A DNA stretch of 64,000 bases from Vicugna vicugna. Lineage: Eukaryota. Positions 37,554 to 51,906 of the stretch are shown piece by piece. The stretch covers positions 62,001 to 126,000 of the forward strand of contig MU058456.1 of the NCBI GenBank assembly GCA_013265495.1, written 5' to 3'. The notes under the pieces are model-generated. The model was not told the DNA's origin, made no database searches, and worked only from the letters and a program-made list of their open reading frames with translations. Numbering within the stretch: position 1 is the stretch's first letter; every line of letters starts with the position of its first letter. The translations under genes and the position numbers were made by a program.

Positions 37554-40100
37554 GAACTGTGGACTGAAAAACGGGAGAGTCAGCAAGATTTATTGGAAGA
37601 TACTTGTGGGGGAAAGTAATATTTTGACTATTTTTATATATAAAGAAGAACTCAAATTATGTTCAAATTTGTACATTAATGAAATAATGGAACTTGTGGT
37701 TAGAGGGAAAGAACCACTGTACAGTGTATAGGGGATACTATGAATTCATACCATATAAATCTTCTCGTTAGGTTTTTAAACATAGCAATCAAGGCTACAG
37801 AAACAAACGTATGTTGTTTTTGTATAGATTGTAGGTTTATTTTTGGATTTCATACACATGGTTGAACTCTGTGCAAGGCTCTAGTTAGCCTTGGTTGTAG
37901 CCCAGAGACAGATGGCAGAGCTGTCTATCTCATAGCTTTTATGCCTTTGTTTTTATTCAACTGGTATTAATGTTTTTCTGCTGAAAACTACTTTTTTTTA
38001 ATGTGGGCAAGAGATTTGAAGCGTTGGCTTTTGCTATGTGCATATTGAATTGAAGAGTGAGTAGGTGAAGGTGGTGCTGGTGGGTTCACTTTCCAAGGCC
38101 AGATTAAAACAGTTATTTCCTATAAAAATCTGGAAACAAAGAAATGGGGGGGGAAGCTCTTACTGTGGTATTATGAATAGAATAATGCAATAAAAATGTA
38201 ATGTCTTTTTAAAGAAATAAAAAAGACAATAATTTGCATTTTAGGAGCTCCACAGGATCTGTTCTTGTCATGGCCATTGACTATTACATTTGCTACTATG
38301 ATTCAATTTTTAATTTTTTAGTCACAAATTTTTAACTACCGTAGGTGCATATCCATGCATTTTCTTTTTCTTTCTTTTGTCCATGCATTTTCTGTGATAT
38401 GGAAATCCACCTTGATTTTTTTCGCAAATGGTGGTACTTATGATCTGTTTTATAACTAGAACTCCATCTTAATCTTAATTTCTAATTTTTATTTTAAGCA
38501 ACGAATGAAATTAAAATGGCCAGTTTTAGGATTGTGTTGCTGTAACACAAAATGTAAGAAGTTTTAGGAAAGCCTCTTGATTTTGTTTGGCCTCACATGG
38601 CCTTGGTAAAGTAAAAGGAAACAGTACGCATGGAGCTAGGAAACCAAAGCAAGTTTGTGAAACTGGCACAGTGATAGAGAATTGCTGTGGAGAGTTGCAG
38701 AGCAAAGGGATGGGTCCTTGAGGCCTACCAGTGTGTAAAGGTGTTCGAATAAAGGGCTGTTCCTAGAGGTAACATTAAATGTGAACTCGACACTTCAGAG
38801 TCTTTAAAGGGTTTCTAAGTGTATCAGTGTAATAGTGTTTTACCACCAACTGCCTTCGTTCCTTGTTAGTGTAACAAATATTTGATGGAGGTTTATTAAT
38901 TTTGTTTATTCAGACCATCAATTTTATTTGTTTTTGTTCTGTCTATGTAATCAAATAAAATTTGAGTAACATGCAATGGTAAGAATTAATGCATGGTTAT
39001 TTGGACCAGAACAAAGTGCCATAGAAGACCAATAACTGTTTTTAGTCGAGGCTAGTCTGGAGCCTTTCATTAGAGCAATATTCGGTTATTGCAATTCATT
39101 TTTAATTACTAAGAAATATAATTTTGGAATTTTAGTCTGTTATGCTTTGTTTTTCAACCTTGTTTTAATTAAGACTTTTATAGGACTAGCAAAAACAGCA
39201 ATCTGTTATTTTTGCGAAAGTGAGTTGGACTCGTTCGTTTCTTGCTAGTCAGAGTAAACAGGCAGTACTTTTAAAAAGATGTGAACTCAAATATTGCACT
39301 TCTTTCAAGATGTTATCAATTGGTTATTGTACTGTATAGTTTTAATAATATTGATTGAAACCCTTTAACAACTCTTTGTAAATTTTAACTCATTTTAGTT
39401 GATTTTCATTACTATTTACATAGGAATTGATTTTTATAGATATAGTAGATGAAATGTGCTGTATTTTGATAAAATTCATTTATTGTATGTGTGTTGTAAT
39501 CTCTAAAAAAAGAATGACAAACAGTTCTTTAAGACAAGCCTCGGTGTTCCCTTTATTCATAGTTTATTTTAAAATATTAACTTTGACATTCTAAAATTAT
39601 TCCCATCATTTTTTATTGGTTTTAATCAATTTTTCACAGTCACATTCTGCTTTTAGCAAGGAATATATCAAATACGTATAATTATGACATTTTCAAATTT
39701 CTTACCTTGAATCAGATACACAGACTATAATTTTGGAAAAGGAAATAAGCCACAAAGAACAATTGATTCATCAGTGATCTAACCTTTTAGTTAGCTGTCT
39801 GCATATTATAGTGAAATATTGCAAGTAATGCAAGTGTTAAATGCACTAGTATTTTATTCTAGTTAAATAAATTTTTAACGTTCTCGTAACACATAAAGTC
39901 AAGTAAGAAAGTTTGCTACCAAGATGAGTAAAGTGACACATGATATAAAAAAACGAATAGCAAAATAGCTTTCTCTTAAACTAATAGCCAGAGTTTTCAT
40001 CTCAAATAATGGAAAATTAAAATTAAACAATAAGAACTCTTCATTAGGATTTTTGTTTTGGTAATGATAAAATTTTTAAATTTGAATAAAAGTAATAATT
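37554..40100 (+). other. ERBIN: ERBIN 3' UTR (end approximate)
   Basis: AU-rich sequence with no recognisable repeats after the stop; AATAAA at 38189, 38216, 38748, 38954, 39866 and 40085. Confidence 0.7.
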
Positions 40101-42299
40101 TAAATCTTTTGAGGAAATAGAGAAGACATTTTTAGTTTCTATATTACTGAGTAATTTGTAGTTAAGGCCCATAACGATGATTGACGTACTTATTTTGAAT
40201 AAGTATTATGTAGCAAACCATCAAAACCAAAACTGTCATATTTTTTAAGCCTTTAAAAATTATATGTCCAGTACAGAGTTGTTTACACAAACTAAAGTTT
40301 TAAGCTGATTCATTAAAGAATCATCAGTTTCTCTGAGTCCATGAAATTCTAAAACCCCCTACATATTTATTTTATAAATATTTTTCTGACCTCTTGTTAG
40401 ACTTGAAGATGTGTATATACTTGAAAATTCTTTAAATACAAACATTGCCATGACCAGAGCTAAACTTTTTAAGTAATTGCTGTGCTTAAGAGAAAATCCA
40501 TTTAGCAGCTATGTAATATTTTTATCAATCGGCATTTATAAAACATTCCAAATTTTTGTTATATATAATCTAGATTGTTTAAAGTAACAGCAAATAGGTA
40601 ATAAACTAATGCTGTTTAAAGATGTGTGATTTGTTTTATGAAATTCAAGGTGAGAAGAATTGTCAAAGAAAGATAAACAACTGTTTCCTTGGACCATTTA
40701 TTCCCTTGTATTTCTGGGTATGGAGAAAGTGTAAGTTTACCTTAAATTAATGTTTTTTTACTTCTGAAGGAAGCCATTAGGATAGAAATTTTTTTAGTTC
40801 GAGATCAGTCAAGTATATTTGAAAGTGTATTTTTTTCATTCTTTGTTGAAATTCTTATTAGTTTATCCGTTTGGTTTAATGTACAGTAAATAGATTTTTT
40901 ATGAAAGGTATTGAGATCAAAACTAAAATTTTGTTTCACCAAAAGCATTAATGAATACTCATAATTGATGATGTACAAAGGAACAAGATACTACACTTGG
41001 TAACCTAGATTATATAAACAGCCAGCTCAAACTTGTAGTTATTCCCCTTGTTTCTAGCAGAAATCCAGAAAAGGTTGACCATCTTCTATCTAAGGCTACC
41101 ATTTCTTTACCTCTGCAGAATGTTTAAGCCCAGGAGTTAGCAAACACAGTCATTTACAGTTTGGGGTAATTCTTAAGAAAATGTTATTTTCCTTTTAGGA
41201 CTTCATGAAGCAATTTGCAAAATTAAAACACGTGGTCTCCAAAATGTACAGGCCTACCATCTGAGCACCTGAGAAGCCCATTCTAAACTGAAACTCTTTT
41301 ATGTTGGGAGGATATCTCAGTAGAATGTCCTCAGGTTTTTAGAGGACGATTAAGGTAATCCTAAGCCTCTAGATAGAATTCTTAAGAAAGAGGCTGAAAA
41401 ATGATCCTACTGTTACAATTCTTTTTCCAAATATAACATCTAGGGACAATTAAGACTCGCCCATCTAACTTCTCAATCAGCCCTCAATCTAATTTCAGAA
41501 TGAAATATGAGAAGTTCATGTATCCCTGGTAAATGAAGAAATACAAGCTATAAAATTATGCCTTTCTGCCCCACTTCCTGCCCCTGTGATTCACAGAGCT
41601 ATTTTTATTTTGTGTGAAAATTATTGTCCATAAATATTTTTCCTGAATCGACCTTCTTTAAATCTAAGCACGATCTAACTACTTTTGTTCCTCTGAGACA
41701 AAGCTGTAGAAGGATCTTTCTTTATGTTCTTGCTCTTCTTCCCAACTGGTTTCTTTGCCAGAAAACTTAAAGAAAAATAAACTAAAAATGAAGAAATCAA
41801 ATAAAAATCAAAATTGAAGAAAAAATACGTGGAACATGAGTTTTTAGGATGGATGACTGTAAAGCTCCCATCTTCATGAAGGACAAAACCTAGTACTCTC
41901 TTAGAACCAATACCATTCCAGAATGGATATTAAAACATCTTACACATTTGGATCATCCTTCAAAGGAGCATTCATTTTCTCAAGAATAGGAGGAACTATG
42001 TGCAAGCTTAATTCACAAAGTAAATTGTTCAAGGTATACTGGCTCATGCTTCAAGCTCCCCTTCCGGTCCATATCCCTAGAAGTGACAAAAGATGATAAT
42101 TTAATATTATGATAGGTAAAAGTATTTATTTCCCAAAGTATTTATTTCCCAAAGGAGTGCACTTGATAGATAAATTTTGAGGAATTCTTGAAAGGCTTAG
42201 GGCAGATGGGGCCAGAAGATTCTACCACGAAAGGTGAATTTGGCTTCAGGGATGCCTCTAAAGTAGAAACAGAACAATGGATCGATGAATAATTCTACA

Positions 42300-43055
42300 T
42301 AATTTTCAAAATATACAAGCAGCTCATAGAGTCAGTAAAAAGAATCAAAAAATAGTCAGAGGACCTAAGTAGACATTTCTCCAAGGAAGACATACAGATG
42401 GCCAATAGGCACATGAAAAGATGTTCAACATTGCTAATTATCAGAGAAATGCAATTCAAAACGAGTGAGGAATCACCTCCCACCGGTCAGAATGGCCATC
42501 ATCAAAAAGTCTACAAATAAATGTTGAAGGGTATGGAGAAAAGGGAACCCTTCTACACAGTTGATGGGAATGTAAATTGGTATAGCAACTATGGAAAACA
42601 GTATGGCAGTTCCTTAAAAAACTAAAAATAGAGTTGCCATACAATCCAGCAATCCCAGTCCTGGGCATATATCCAGAGAAAACTTAATTCCAAAACATAC
42701 ATGCACTCCAGTGTACACAGCAGCACAATTTACAAGAGCCAAGACATGGAAGCAACCTAAATGTCCATTAACAGATGAATGGATAAAGAAGATGTGGTGT
42801 ATATATGCACAATGGAATACTACTCAGCCATGAAAAAGAATGAAATAATACCATTTGCAGCAACATGGATAGACCTAGGGATTATCATACTAAGTGAAGT
42901 AAATCAGAAAGAAAAAGACAAATAACATGAAAACACTTCCATGTGCAATCCAAAATATGACACAAGTGGACTCATTTACAAAACAGACTCACAGACATAG
43001 AAAAAAACTTACAGTTACTAAAGGGTAAAGGATAGGGTGGAAGAGGGATAAACTG
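42300..43055 (+). mobile_element. 5'-truncated, relatively young L1 (ORF2 C-terminus plus part of 3' UTR)
   Basis: gacatttctccaaggaagacatacagatggccaataggcacatgaaaagatg and other canonical ORF2 3' blocks. Confidence 0.92.
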
Positions 43056-43379
43056 TAAAAGAATAACAAATTCTAGTGATGGTTGGGGCATTGCATCATA
43101 AGAAACTGGTTAGGACTACTACCTTTTTTATGTCAAGCAGTGTGCAGGAGATGTCTGGCACAAGGCAGGAGCAGTGAGTGTGGATGTGTAGGTTTGAAAG
43201 AAAAACCAGTACAGCCATTTTGAAGTGGCAGAGCTTACCAGTTCCATGTCCTTCCCTTTACCCACCATCAGTGTGGGTAGTTTTCAGTAAGCAGGTAACC
43301 TGAGACAAGCTCACACTAAGATGGCAACAATAGTTGCTGAATAGTTGAAGAAAAACAACGCTATAAAGAGAGTCACTGA

Positions 43380-45400
43380 AGAAATCAATATTTAAAAGCA
43401 GTGTCTTCTGATGGATAAGTGAGAATGTTGAATTTGCAAAACAAACTTATGAATGTATTTAAATATCTTTATGATGTAAAGTAGAATTTGTCACAAATTG
43501 AACAGCTGTGCTGAAGAGTAGGAAGTACATGTCTAAAGAACAAATCAGCTCTCTAGATCTGGATTCCATAGAATGTAATGCCAAAGAATTCAGAAAAGTC
43601 TTCATGTTTCAGCGTGGATCCAGTAGGAATCTAAAGGAGAAGGGAAAATACAGACACAGAATGAGAAAAAAAGAATATTTCTAAAGCTGAAGCTCAACCT
43701 AGGTCCTCAGACCAAATGGGTCCCTTCGTAACCAAACAAAAACTAACATGCACACCTCTAAATACATCTCCATGAAATTTCAGATTAGGTATAAAGGACG
43801 CCCTACAAAATTCCAAAATTTGAAGGAAATCACTTGCAAAGTGAGCTTAATCAAGTTGACTTCACAATTTTCATCAGCATGGATGAATGCAAGGATACAG
43901 TAAAGAAATAGATCCAAAACTTTCAGGTTATTTAAGTCAGAGGGCAGAATACAGTTTTAGGAACTCAAGGTTTCAAGATTTACCTCCCACATAGCCTTTT
44001 CATAAGATTGTACCAGGGGATGTATTGGAACAAAGTGAAAAATTAATCTCAAAAGTAGATTTGGGATCCAAGAAATAATGTGACCCAAATCACTTGTAGT
44101 GGAAATGAGTGTAATTAGTATTGATAGTAAACAGTGTAGATGTAAAATACCAGATCACTGCAAGTGAGAAGAGAATTACACTTTTTCTGAAAGAAATTCT
44201 CCATATTGATTAATTTTAAGTTCTGACAGAAAAATCGAAGTTGGTGAATAATGATTATACAAAGAATAGATATATAGAATTATGTGTGTTCTTTATTTTT
44301 ACAAATAAATGCAATAAGCTATAGTTTTCTTGTCACACAATGATGTATATACGTATAGTTTGACTCCACTGCATTTGACTTACCATTTTTATAGTGATGA
44401 AGACCTCGGTTGCCTCTACTTGACCTCCCTGCTGCCATATATACCGCAGTGGTGAGTATCCTCAGTCATGTCATTTTTTTGAACCTGTGTGAAAATTTCT
44501 CCAGAATACATTCCTAGGAGTACAATTTCTAGGTCATAGATAATATTAATTTCAACAAAATACTGCTAAAGTACTTTCCAGAATGTTTGCCCTTGTTTAT
44601 ACTCTCATTAGCTAAACATGGATCTCATTTCCTCACATACTTGCAAACAGGATTATGTGTCTTTCTAATTTTTGCATGTTTGATGAATATAACATTTTAT
44701 TTTGACATTGGTTTAAATTTAATTCCTTTAATTACTTATGGGTTTTACAAGTACATATACTTGTTCACCATTAAGGTTTACCCCTCTGTAACTGTCCTAT
44801 TCCCTTTGCTCATTTTTCTGCTGTTTTTGAGGCTGATTTGCAGTATTGTCTTGTCTATTCCAGGTATTAGTCTCCTTTCATTTTAGACATTGCAAGTATC
44901 TTCTCCCAGTCCAGACTGTTTAACTTTTTTGTGGTATCTTTAAAAAAAAAATTTCAAATAGACAGAGACAAGTCTATCTTTTATGCTTTGCTGTACTTGT
45001 CTTCGTCACTGCTGAGTCAAAACACTGTTTTCCCACATTTACTTCTATTATCTATATATCTATTATTAATATTTAGATTTTAATCCATTTGGAGTCCACC
45101 ATGGTTATTTGGTCTAAAGTTGGGATCAAGTCCCGTGTTTTCTCTGTATCATTTAGTAAATAAATCTTCTTTCTATTAGCCTGTGATGCACTCTTTATTA
45201 TATATACAGTCCTTATACATATGCACTCTTTCTGAGCTCTCTATAGTATTCGTTTGGTCTGTTTTTCTGTTCTTACATCTGTGCCATTTTTTTTTCCAGC
45301 CAATTTGAAAGCTTTATAAAGAACATCCATCATCTAGATTCTTCCATTAACGTTTTTCTATATTTGCTTTTATGTACTATGTTTCTTTTATAACTAAAAC
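43380..45400. mobile_element. Very old L1 fragments: ORF1-like on + (~43380-44100), ORF2-like on - (~44300-45400)
   Basis: Degenerate L1-like motifs and A-rich/T-rich strand skew. Confidence 0.55.
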
Positions 45401-45409
45401 CATATCTGG

Positions 45410-45570
45410 CTTGACCACAAGCTTTACCACATCAGCTGGAGGGCTTGTTGGGCCTCACCCCAAGGGCTTTTGATTAAGTAGGTCTGGGTTGTTTCCCAGG
45501 AATTTCCATTTCCAGCAAGTTCCTAGGCGATGCTGATGCTTATGGTCTAGGGACTAGCACTTAAGAGAAT
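45410..45570 (-). mobile_element. MER5A-like MITE
   Basis: ctggagggcttgtt...taggtctggg...aatttccatttccagcaagttcctaggcgatgctgatgct. Confidence 0.75.
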
Positions 45571-45679
45571 CTTTATCTTACAAGATGTCTCCCCTTTTTG
45601 CTCTTGTTTTTCAAAATTGGCTCAGGTATATGTACATTTTAATTTTTCTGTGTACATTTCAGAGTTAAGTTTGCCGGTA

Positions 45680-46300
45680 TTGATTGTTCTGGCCATGTTG
45701 GATTTATCATCCCTCCTGAAATTACGAGAAACAGACAAACTATTTGAAATAATGATTTTCCACATACTGGGTATCAGGCAGTGAAGGACAGTGATCCCTG
45801 AGGGATGGGGGGGGGTGGAAAGAGAGGTGAACTCATTGACTGTCCCCAGCTTACTACCTGAAGAGTATTTCTTTGTAAGCCATGGAGCATTGGAGAGGGG
45901 AGCTCAGGCAAGCCAGGCAGACTCCCTAAATCGATGAGCTGGAGCTGAGAGTCCAGGGACACCAAGAGAGGTGTAGTCACAGGGCAGAACAATGAAGTGG
46001 AGATTGCTGCACAGAGCGGGGAGAATTCCAGAGATTCAGCTGAGTCCTGATCAGCATGTGTGTGAGGAAAATCCTCAGGGCAGGATAAAGAACTGCGTGA
46101 AAAGATTTGAGGTAAGAGTGCCCAACACTTGTAATGACAGTACCCTGTGCTCACAAAAAGTGAGTAAAAATGCCCTTATCCACCAGCATGTGTGGAAAAT
46201 CTCATTATTCACAGACATCAGGTAGAGTACCCAGAAGAGTCTTGCCTCAGTAATGGGGAAGAATTAGCCATAGATTAAAGATGGCTACAGTCCACTGGAA
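45680..46300 (+). mobile_element. Old L1 5'-region fragment
   Basis: Resembles L1M 5' end consensus (catcaggcagtgaaggacagtgatccctgag...). Confidence 0.5.
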
Positions 46301-46684
46301 TTGATTATTTGTCTAGTGATATGCTCCCTAAAGTTCAAATAAAATTGTACCACTCACTGCTCTCAGAATAAAGTCCTTTGCATGACATCAGTAGTCCTGC
46401 CTGTTACACAGCCTTTCCAAGTGACGTTCTGGCCACTCTCAGGTCTGATGGAAGGGAGTGGGGCACCCTTCCTATCCTCACATCTAACAAGCCCCACCAG
46501 GGCCAGTATTAATCGAGGGGGTCTGATTCAAGGCAGTGGAGTGAGGTCTGGGGGAGGGACTTGGGAAATACACTTCTAGGCACAAGGCCAAGATTTAGGC
46601 TGTCAAACAGGCTCCACTCCAGCCCTGATGGGTAGAAGTAGAGGGGTCATGGGAAGCAGAAGTAGACACTGAACTATGGCTAGA

Positions 46685-46892
46685 TGTATTAGGTTTCTAT
46701 TGCTCTGACTGCAAACTTACCATTTAAAACAATATGCATATATTATATCACAGTTTCTCTGGGTCTGGAGTCCAGGCACAGCTTGGCTGGGACCTCTGCT
46801 CAGGGTCCCACAGGCTACAGTCAGTGCAGCAGGGCTGCAGTCTCATCTGGAGCTTGGGGTCCTCTTCCAACCTCATTCAGGTTGTTAGCAGA
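46685..46892 (-). mobile_element. MaLR/ERVL (MLT1-like) LTR fragment
   Basis: tgtattaggtttctattgct...cacagtttctctgggtctggagtccaggcacagcttggctggg. Confidence 0.7.
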
Positions 46893-49800
46893 CATTAACA
46901 ATTTTATTTGAACTTTAGAAAGATCACTCTTCTGTGTGTAAAACAAATGGATAGCAGTAGCAGGGATAAGAAGGTTAGTTAGTGACATGGTTAGAAGGTT
47001 GTTGTAAAGTCCAGAACAGAGATGACTTTGGCACCAGCCAAGGTACTGGAAATGGAAGTTTAGAGAAGGGAACAGATATATAGGACATACTTAGGAAGTG
47101 CTAGGTTAATAAGATGCAGACAGGGGTAAGGAGGCAATTAGGAAGGCACAATTAAAGGTGACTTCCAAATTCTGACTGGAGTTGGAGGATAGGTAGTGAA
47201 GCCACTAACTGAAATCAGGAATAATAAATTTTGTCTTGCACTTCCTTAGTTTGGAGCAATCAGAAATGCCCACCTGGTACTCAGAAAAAGTAATGGGAGA
47301 GAGAGAAAGATTTAGAGGCTGTCAGTTTAGTCCTGTCACCATGGTAACTGGATACAAGGAGATAGTCCTTATCATGCCTTATCTGAACTCTGAACTTTCC
47401 TATAATTTGATATTTAAAATTTATACCACATGCTTTAATAACAACGTATTCATTCCCATATTATCATGTGTAGTATTTAGTCTCATTTCCAAAACTATTG
47501 GAAACTCCTTGATGGAAGAATCTTTTATATCCACTCTGATGTACTGGGTATGCAGTAGATACTCAACACCGTAGAAAGGACTGTTTGTTCCCCTACAATG
47601 AATTTTACATTTCATCCGCACATGAAGAGAGTCAGAGAGAAAAAGGTCAAGGGATCAGACATATGGCACGTTTGGGTAGGGTCTGTTAAGCCATGGTAAA
47701 GATGACTTTGGTGTTTACTGGGGGAGAGAGTATAAAAAGAAAGTGATAAATGCCTTGAAGAGAGGTGCAGGAGCAAGCGCTTTGGGCATTCACAGGAAGC
47801 CCCCTGCTGACTTGCAGCATAATCAGCTTTGAAAACAAAAGATTTGTTATGTACATATTAAAGCACTCAACATTTGAGTTCAATAAATATTTGTGGATGA
47901 TGAATAAATTATGCATGTGCTGTTCAGATGGTGACTTAGTATCATACAAATTGCAGTATTTCACATTAGTAACATTTCCAGGCATGAACGTACATTCATT
48001 GAAAAACTGACAGCCAGACTGTCAAAAAGTGAACCCTTAATTGGCTGCTTGGCCCCATAGGAGGTTGTTACAAAGCTGCTCTTGGGTTTGAGAAAAAGTA
48101 GTTAAGATGTCTTCTGACTGGCAAATCCTGGATGGCACGTCTTTAATTGATTGAGGTATTATCAGCACCGTATGCTAGAGCATTAGCCAGCTCCTGCTGC
48201 CGACAGTCAGACTTGCCTACCCTTTGCCAAAAATCCCATCTGCTCCCTATCCCCAGTTTCTTTTCATCCCATAGCATGTTTCATTATCTTCAAGAACAAA
48301 GGCAAAAACATTTCTACTTTAACCACTATATTCATGGTTTAAAGATGAACTGGATTTAACTGATTACATTTTCAAGTATTATTTATTGATACATCAGGCA
48401 ACCATACAGACGTCAGGGTACAGGACATCAGCTTTTCCTCCTCAGTAGTTTTGGAAACATTCTTGCTCCTGTGTTAAGAAAATGTTACACAGCTGTACAT
48501 AACCTTCCATTTTTTAATATCATTATTTGTGCTACAGCTGTGGAAATAATAAGCTAAGGATTTCACTTATCAAGCATTTATTATAAAATTCATTGGCAAA
48601 AGCCAATTTGTATTGAAATATTTAAAAAGAAGGAAAGATTCCACTGGATTAGTACGTTAGGAAAAGAAAAGTGTTTATATGTTTGTAGTTAATTGTTCCT
48701 ACACATCTTTTTATTTTGGTCGGTAACAAGAAAGAAAAATCTATTAAATTTTTCCATCATTCTGAAAATCCAGAAAAAAGAAGCCTTCTATAACAATAAG
48801 AAATAATATGGAAATTACTTAATTCTAGACAATTTCAAAAAGCCTGTATTGTCTAATTTGCATTACACTCTGCTAAATATAAAAGAGACAGGGTACAAAT
48901 TAGAATACTGACTTTTGCATTGGTTGCTTTCAGACAAAAATGGGAACCTTGATGTCACTGAGCGTTACAAAATTCTTTTGGTGTTTATGGTGGTACTACG
49001 TGTAAAAGCAAAAAAAACCAGTAGCAACCCAAATAGCAATAATATGAGAACAGTTAATTAAATAAGCCAGCTACTTGGTCTACTGTATAAATTATAACGA
49101 TGACAATTAGGCAGATAAGAAAGCAACATAGAAAAATAGGAAGGCAACATAGATAAACATCATGTTAAGTGGAAAAGACAGTTTATAAAATTATATATAC
49201 CCCATGATGGCCACTACAGAAATGTCATATAAAGACTGGAGTGATAGCTTTATAGAAAGTTCTTGCCCTATTATCAAAACTTTTTTGTAATTGTTATGTG
49301 GGCTTTGTAAATTTTAAGGTGGAAACGTGATCTTGGGTCAGTCTTTAACAAATATGTTAGCAAATATTTGGCCACCAGCAACTAGCAGAGAAGTTGAAAG
49401 CAGGCATCATAGACCCAAACGCTGATGCAGGACACCTCATCTGTGGGCTCCCACCACCCCCAACAAAGAGCTGCCTGTGAACAGAAACTGCTCCAGGAAA
49501 GCTCTGGGGTTCACTTAAGAAATTTTAGCAACATGGGAACAAAAGACCTGAGAATAACCCCATAAAGGGGAGAGGAAAGACAGCTTCATTTTGCCTGCAT
49601 CATCCCATCCCCCGGGCCAACACAGCTCAGCACCAAGGGGGACTTTCCCAGCTGGAAATAGTTTCTCTCACCCAGAAAGGAAGAGCGAGGTGAGCAACGA
49701 GCTTCCCCAGTCTTTCTGGGCACTGCACAAAGGTCCCACTTCAGTTACACTTCACCCAGAAGGGCAAAGCTGAGACACAGAGACACCCAGGAACAAGGAA

Positions 49801-51906
49801 GAAAAGCAGGGGCGACAGGAGCAGCCTACAGAGTGGGAGCAGTTGTAGTTCCCAGTGACCTGCTCTGCAGATAAGTGAGCATATTTTACCACTGAAGAGA
49901 CTAATAGCCAGTGCGTCTCCAGGGACACCCTGCAGATTTTACTTTCACCCCACAGGTATTTGCATTTGCTGACACCAACTGCCTGAGAGCTTCTTCTCTC
50001 CAAATTCCCTTCCCCTGCCAGCCTAGAAACTGCACTGGCAGCCAGCTCAGGAGCGTGTGATTTTGCAAGTGCAGTACACAAGCATGGACCCCTGTGGCTG
50101 ACCCCTACCACCGTGTGCCTGCTGGAGCCTAGCCACTCCGGTTTTGCACTTGCGTGCCAGCTGACCTGACATCCAGTCTCCACTGCAGTGAGCAGGCGAG
50201 GAGGAAGACTGCAGACAGGAGACAGAAGGCCAACAACCAGGGCCCAGGCACGTGCTTGTGGGCCTGGATCAGGCCCTGTCTTTTGTCACTGGCCTGTACC
50301 AACATGTTCCCCCCTCCAACTGTGTACCTGCATGCATTTGACCTAATCCCTGTCACTGGCTTCCACAGCACAGGGGATATTGTGCAGCCACGGGAGAACA
50401 CATTGACAGCCAGATCCCCTGCATCTGTCAGTGAGCCCAAAGTTGGCCCTGGCCTGGCCTGCCCTGTCCTTCACGGTTATGTGTGTGTCTGCAACTGGCC
50501 CTTGCCACTACCTAGGCACCCGCAGCTGACCCCTGCAGCTGACTTTGTACATACCACAAGCTTTGGTCATCACCACTGCCTGGGCTGATCCCTAGCCACT
50601 GGACCTGGAAGTATTGCTGAGGACACCAACAACCCTTGCAGACCCACCAGAGTGCCCACCACAGGACCACACAACTGCTGTGGACACAGTGCATGAGGTG
50701 AAAAGACAGCACATCCCTTACCTCCACCCTAGACTCAGTGTCACCACACATACCTGGACCTTGTGCCCGGTACAGCTAGGCCCAGGGTGACAACATGCTC
50801 CAGCATGCCTCCCCTCCCTCCCCACAGGTAAATATCTTCTCTTATCCAGGTCAGTCTGTAGTCTAGAAGAGGTAACTACTTCAAATGCACAGACAACTGT
50901 GCAAGGCTGCAGTGACCACAAAGAATCAGGGAAATAGGAGTCTACCAAAGGAATACAGTATACCTCCAGTAACTGGCCCCAAGGAAATGGTGTTTCAAGA
51001 ATTGCCTGACAAGAATTTAAAATAATTGTTATCAAGATGCTCAGAAAACTGTAAGAGAACACAGATAAAAAAAATTTAACAGTATCAGGAAAACAGCATG
51101 AGAACCAAATGAGAAGTTCAACAAAGAGATAGAACATAAAGTAGAACCAGACAGGCTTTTTTTTTTTCTTTTAGAGTTGGTTGTTATTTATTTTTGGGAA
51201 CAAACAGACATTTTTGAGCTGAAGAATTCAATGACTGAACTGAAGAATTCAGTAGAGAGCTTCAATAGCAGTCATGGCTAATCAGAAGAAAGAATGAGTG
51301 AACTAGGAAACGGATCAATTCAAACTATTCAGTCAGAGGAGCAAACAAAAAAGAATAAAAAGGAATGAAGAAAGCCAACGTACTTGTGGGGTGATACCTT
51401 CACGAGAAACAATGTACATATTATTGCAGTTTCAGAAGAAGAGAGGGAAAAGGAGGTAGAAAGCTTATTTATAGCTGCACAAAGCTGGGAAGAGATTTGG
51501 ACATCCAAGTTTATGAAGCTAATAGATCATCCCATAATTTCAACCCACTGACCTCCAGGACACTTTATACTAAAACTGTCTAAAAACAGCAAGAGAAAAA
51601 ATTGTCCCATACAAAGGACTCTCCATGTGGCTATCAGTGAATTTCTCACCAGAGATTTTGCAAATCAAAAGAGCATGAGGTGATATATTCAAGCTACCAA
51701 AAGAAAAAAGCCACCATCCAAGAATACTTTACCCAGTAAGGTTGTCCTCCCAGAAGTAGGAGGAAAATGAGAGATAATTTCTAAAACAAACAAAAGCTGA
51801 AGGAACCCATTCCCATTAAACCTGCATTACAAGAAATGCTAAAAGGAGTTCTTCAAGTTGAAATGAAAGGATGCTAATTAGTAACATGAAAATACATGAA
51901 TATATA

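Larger units (their letters stand above)
209..40100 (+). other. ERBIN: ERBIN gene, 3' portion (5' exons lie upstream of the window; 3' end approximate)
   Basis: Exons with canonical AG/GT sites and matching phases splice into LRR repeats, the LAP-specific region, a long Ser/Pro/Asn-rich linker and the C-terminal PDZ ending [10 protein letters not shown], recognised as Erbin. Confidence 0.98.

Noticed and set aside
49591..51137. Cluster of 100-144-aa ORFs on both strands
   Set aside because: They lie in the GC-rich L1 5' UTR/ORF1 region where stops are rarer; no recognisable protein or splice pattern.
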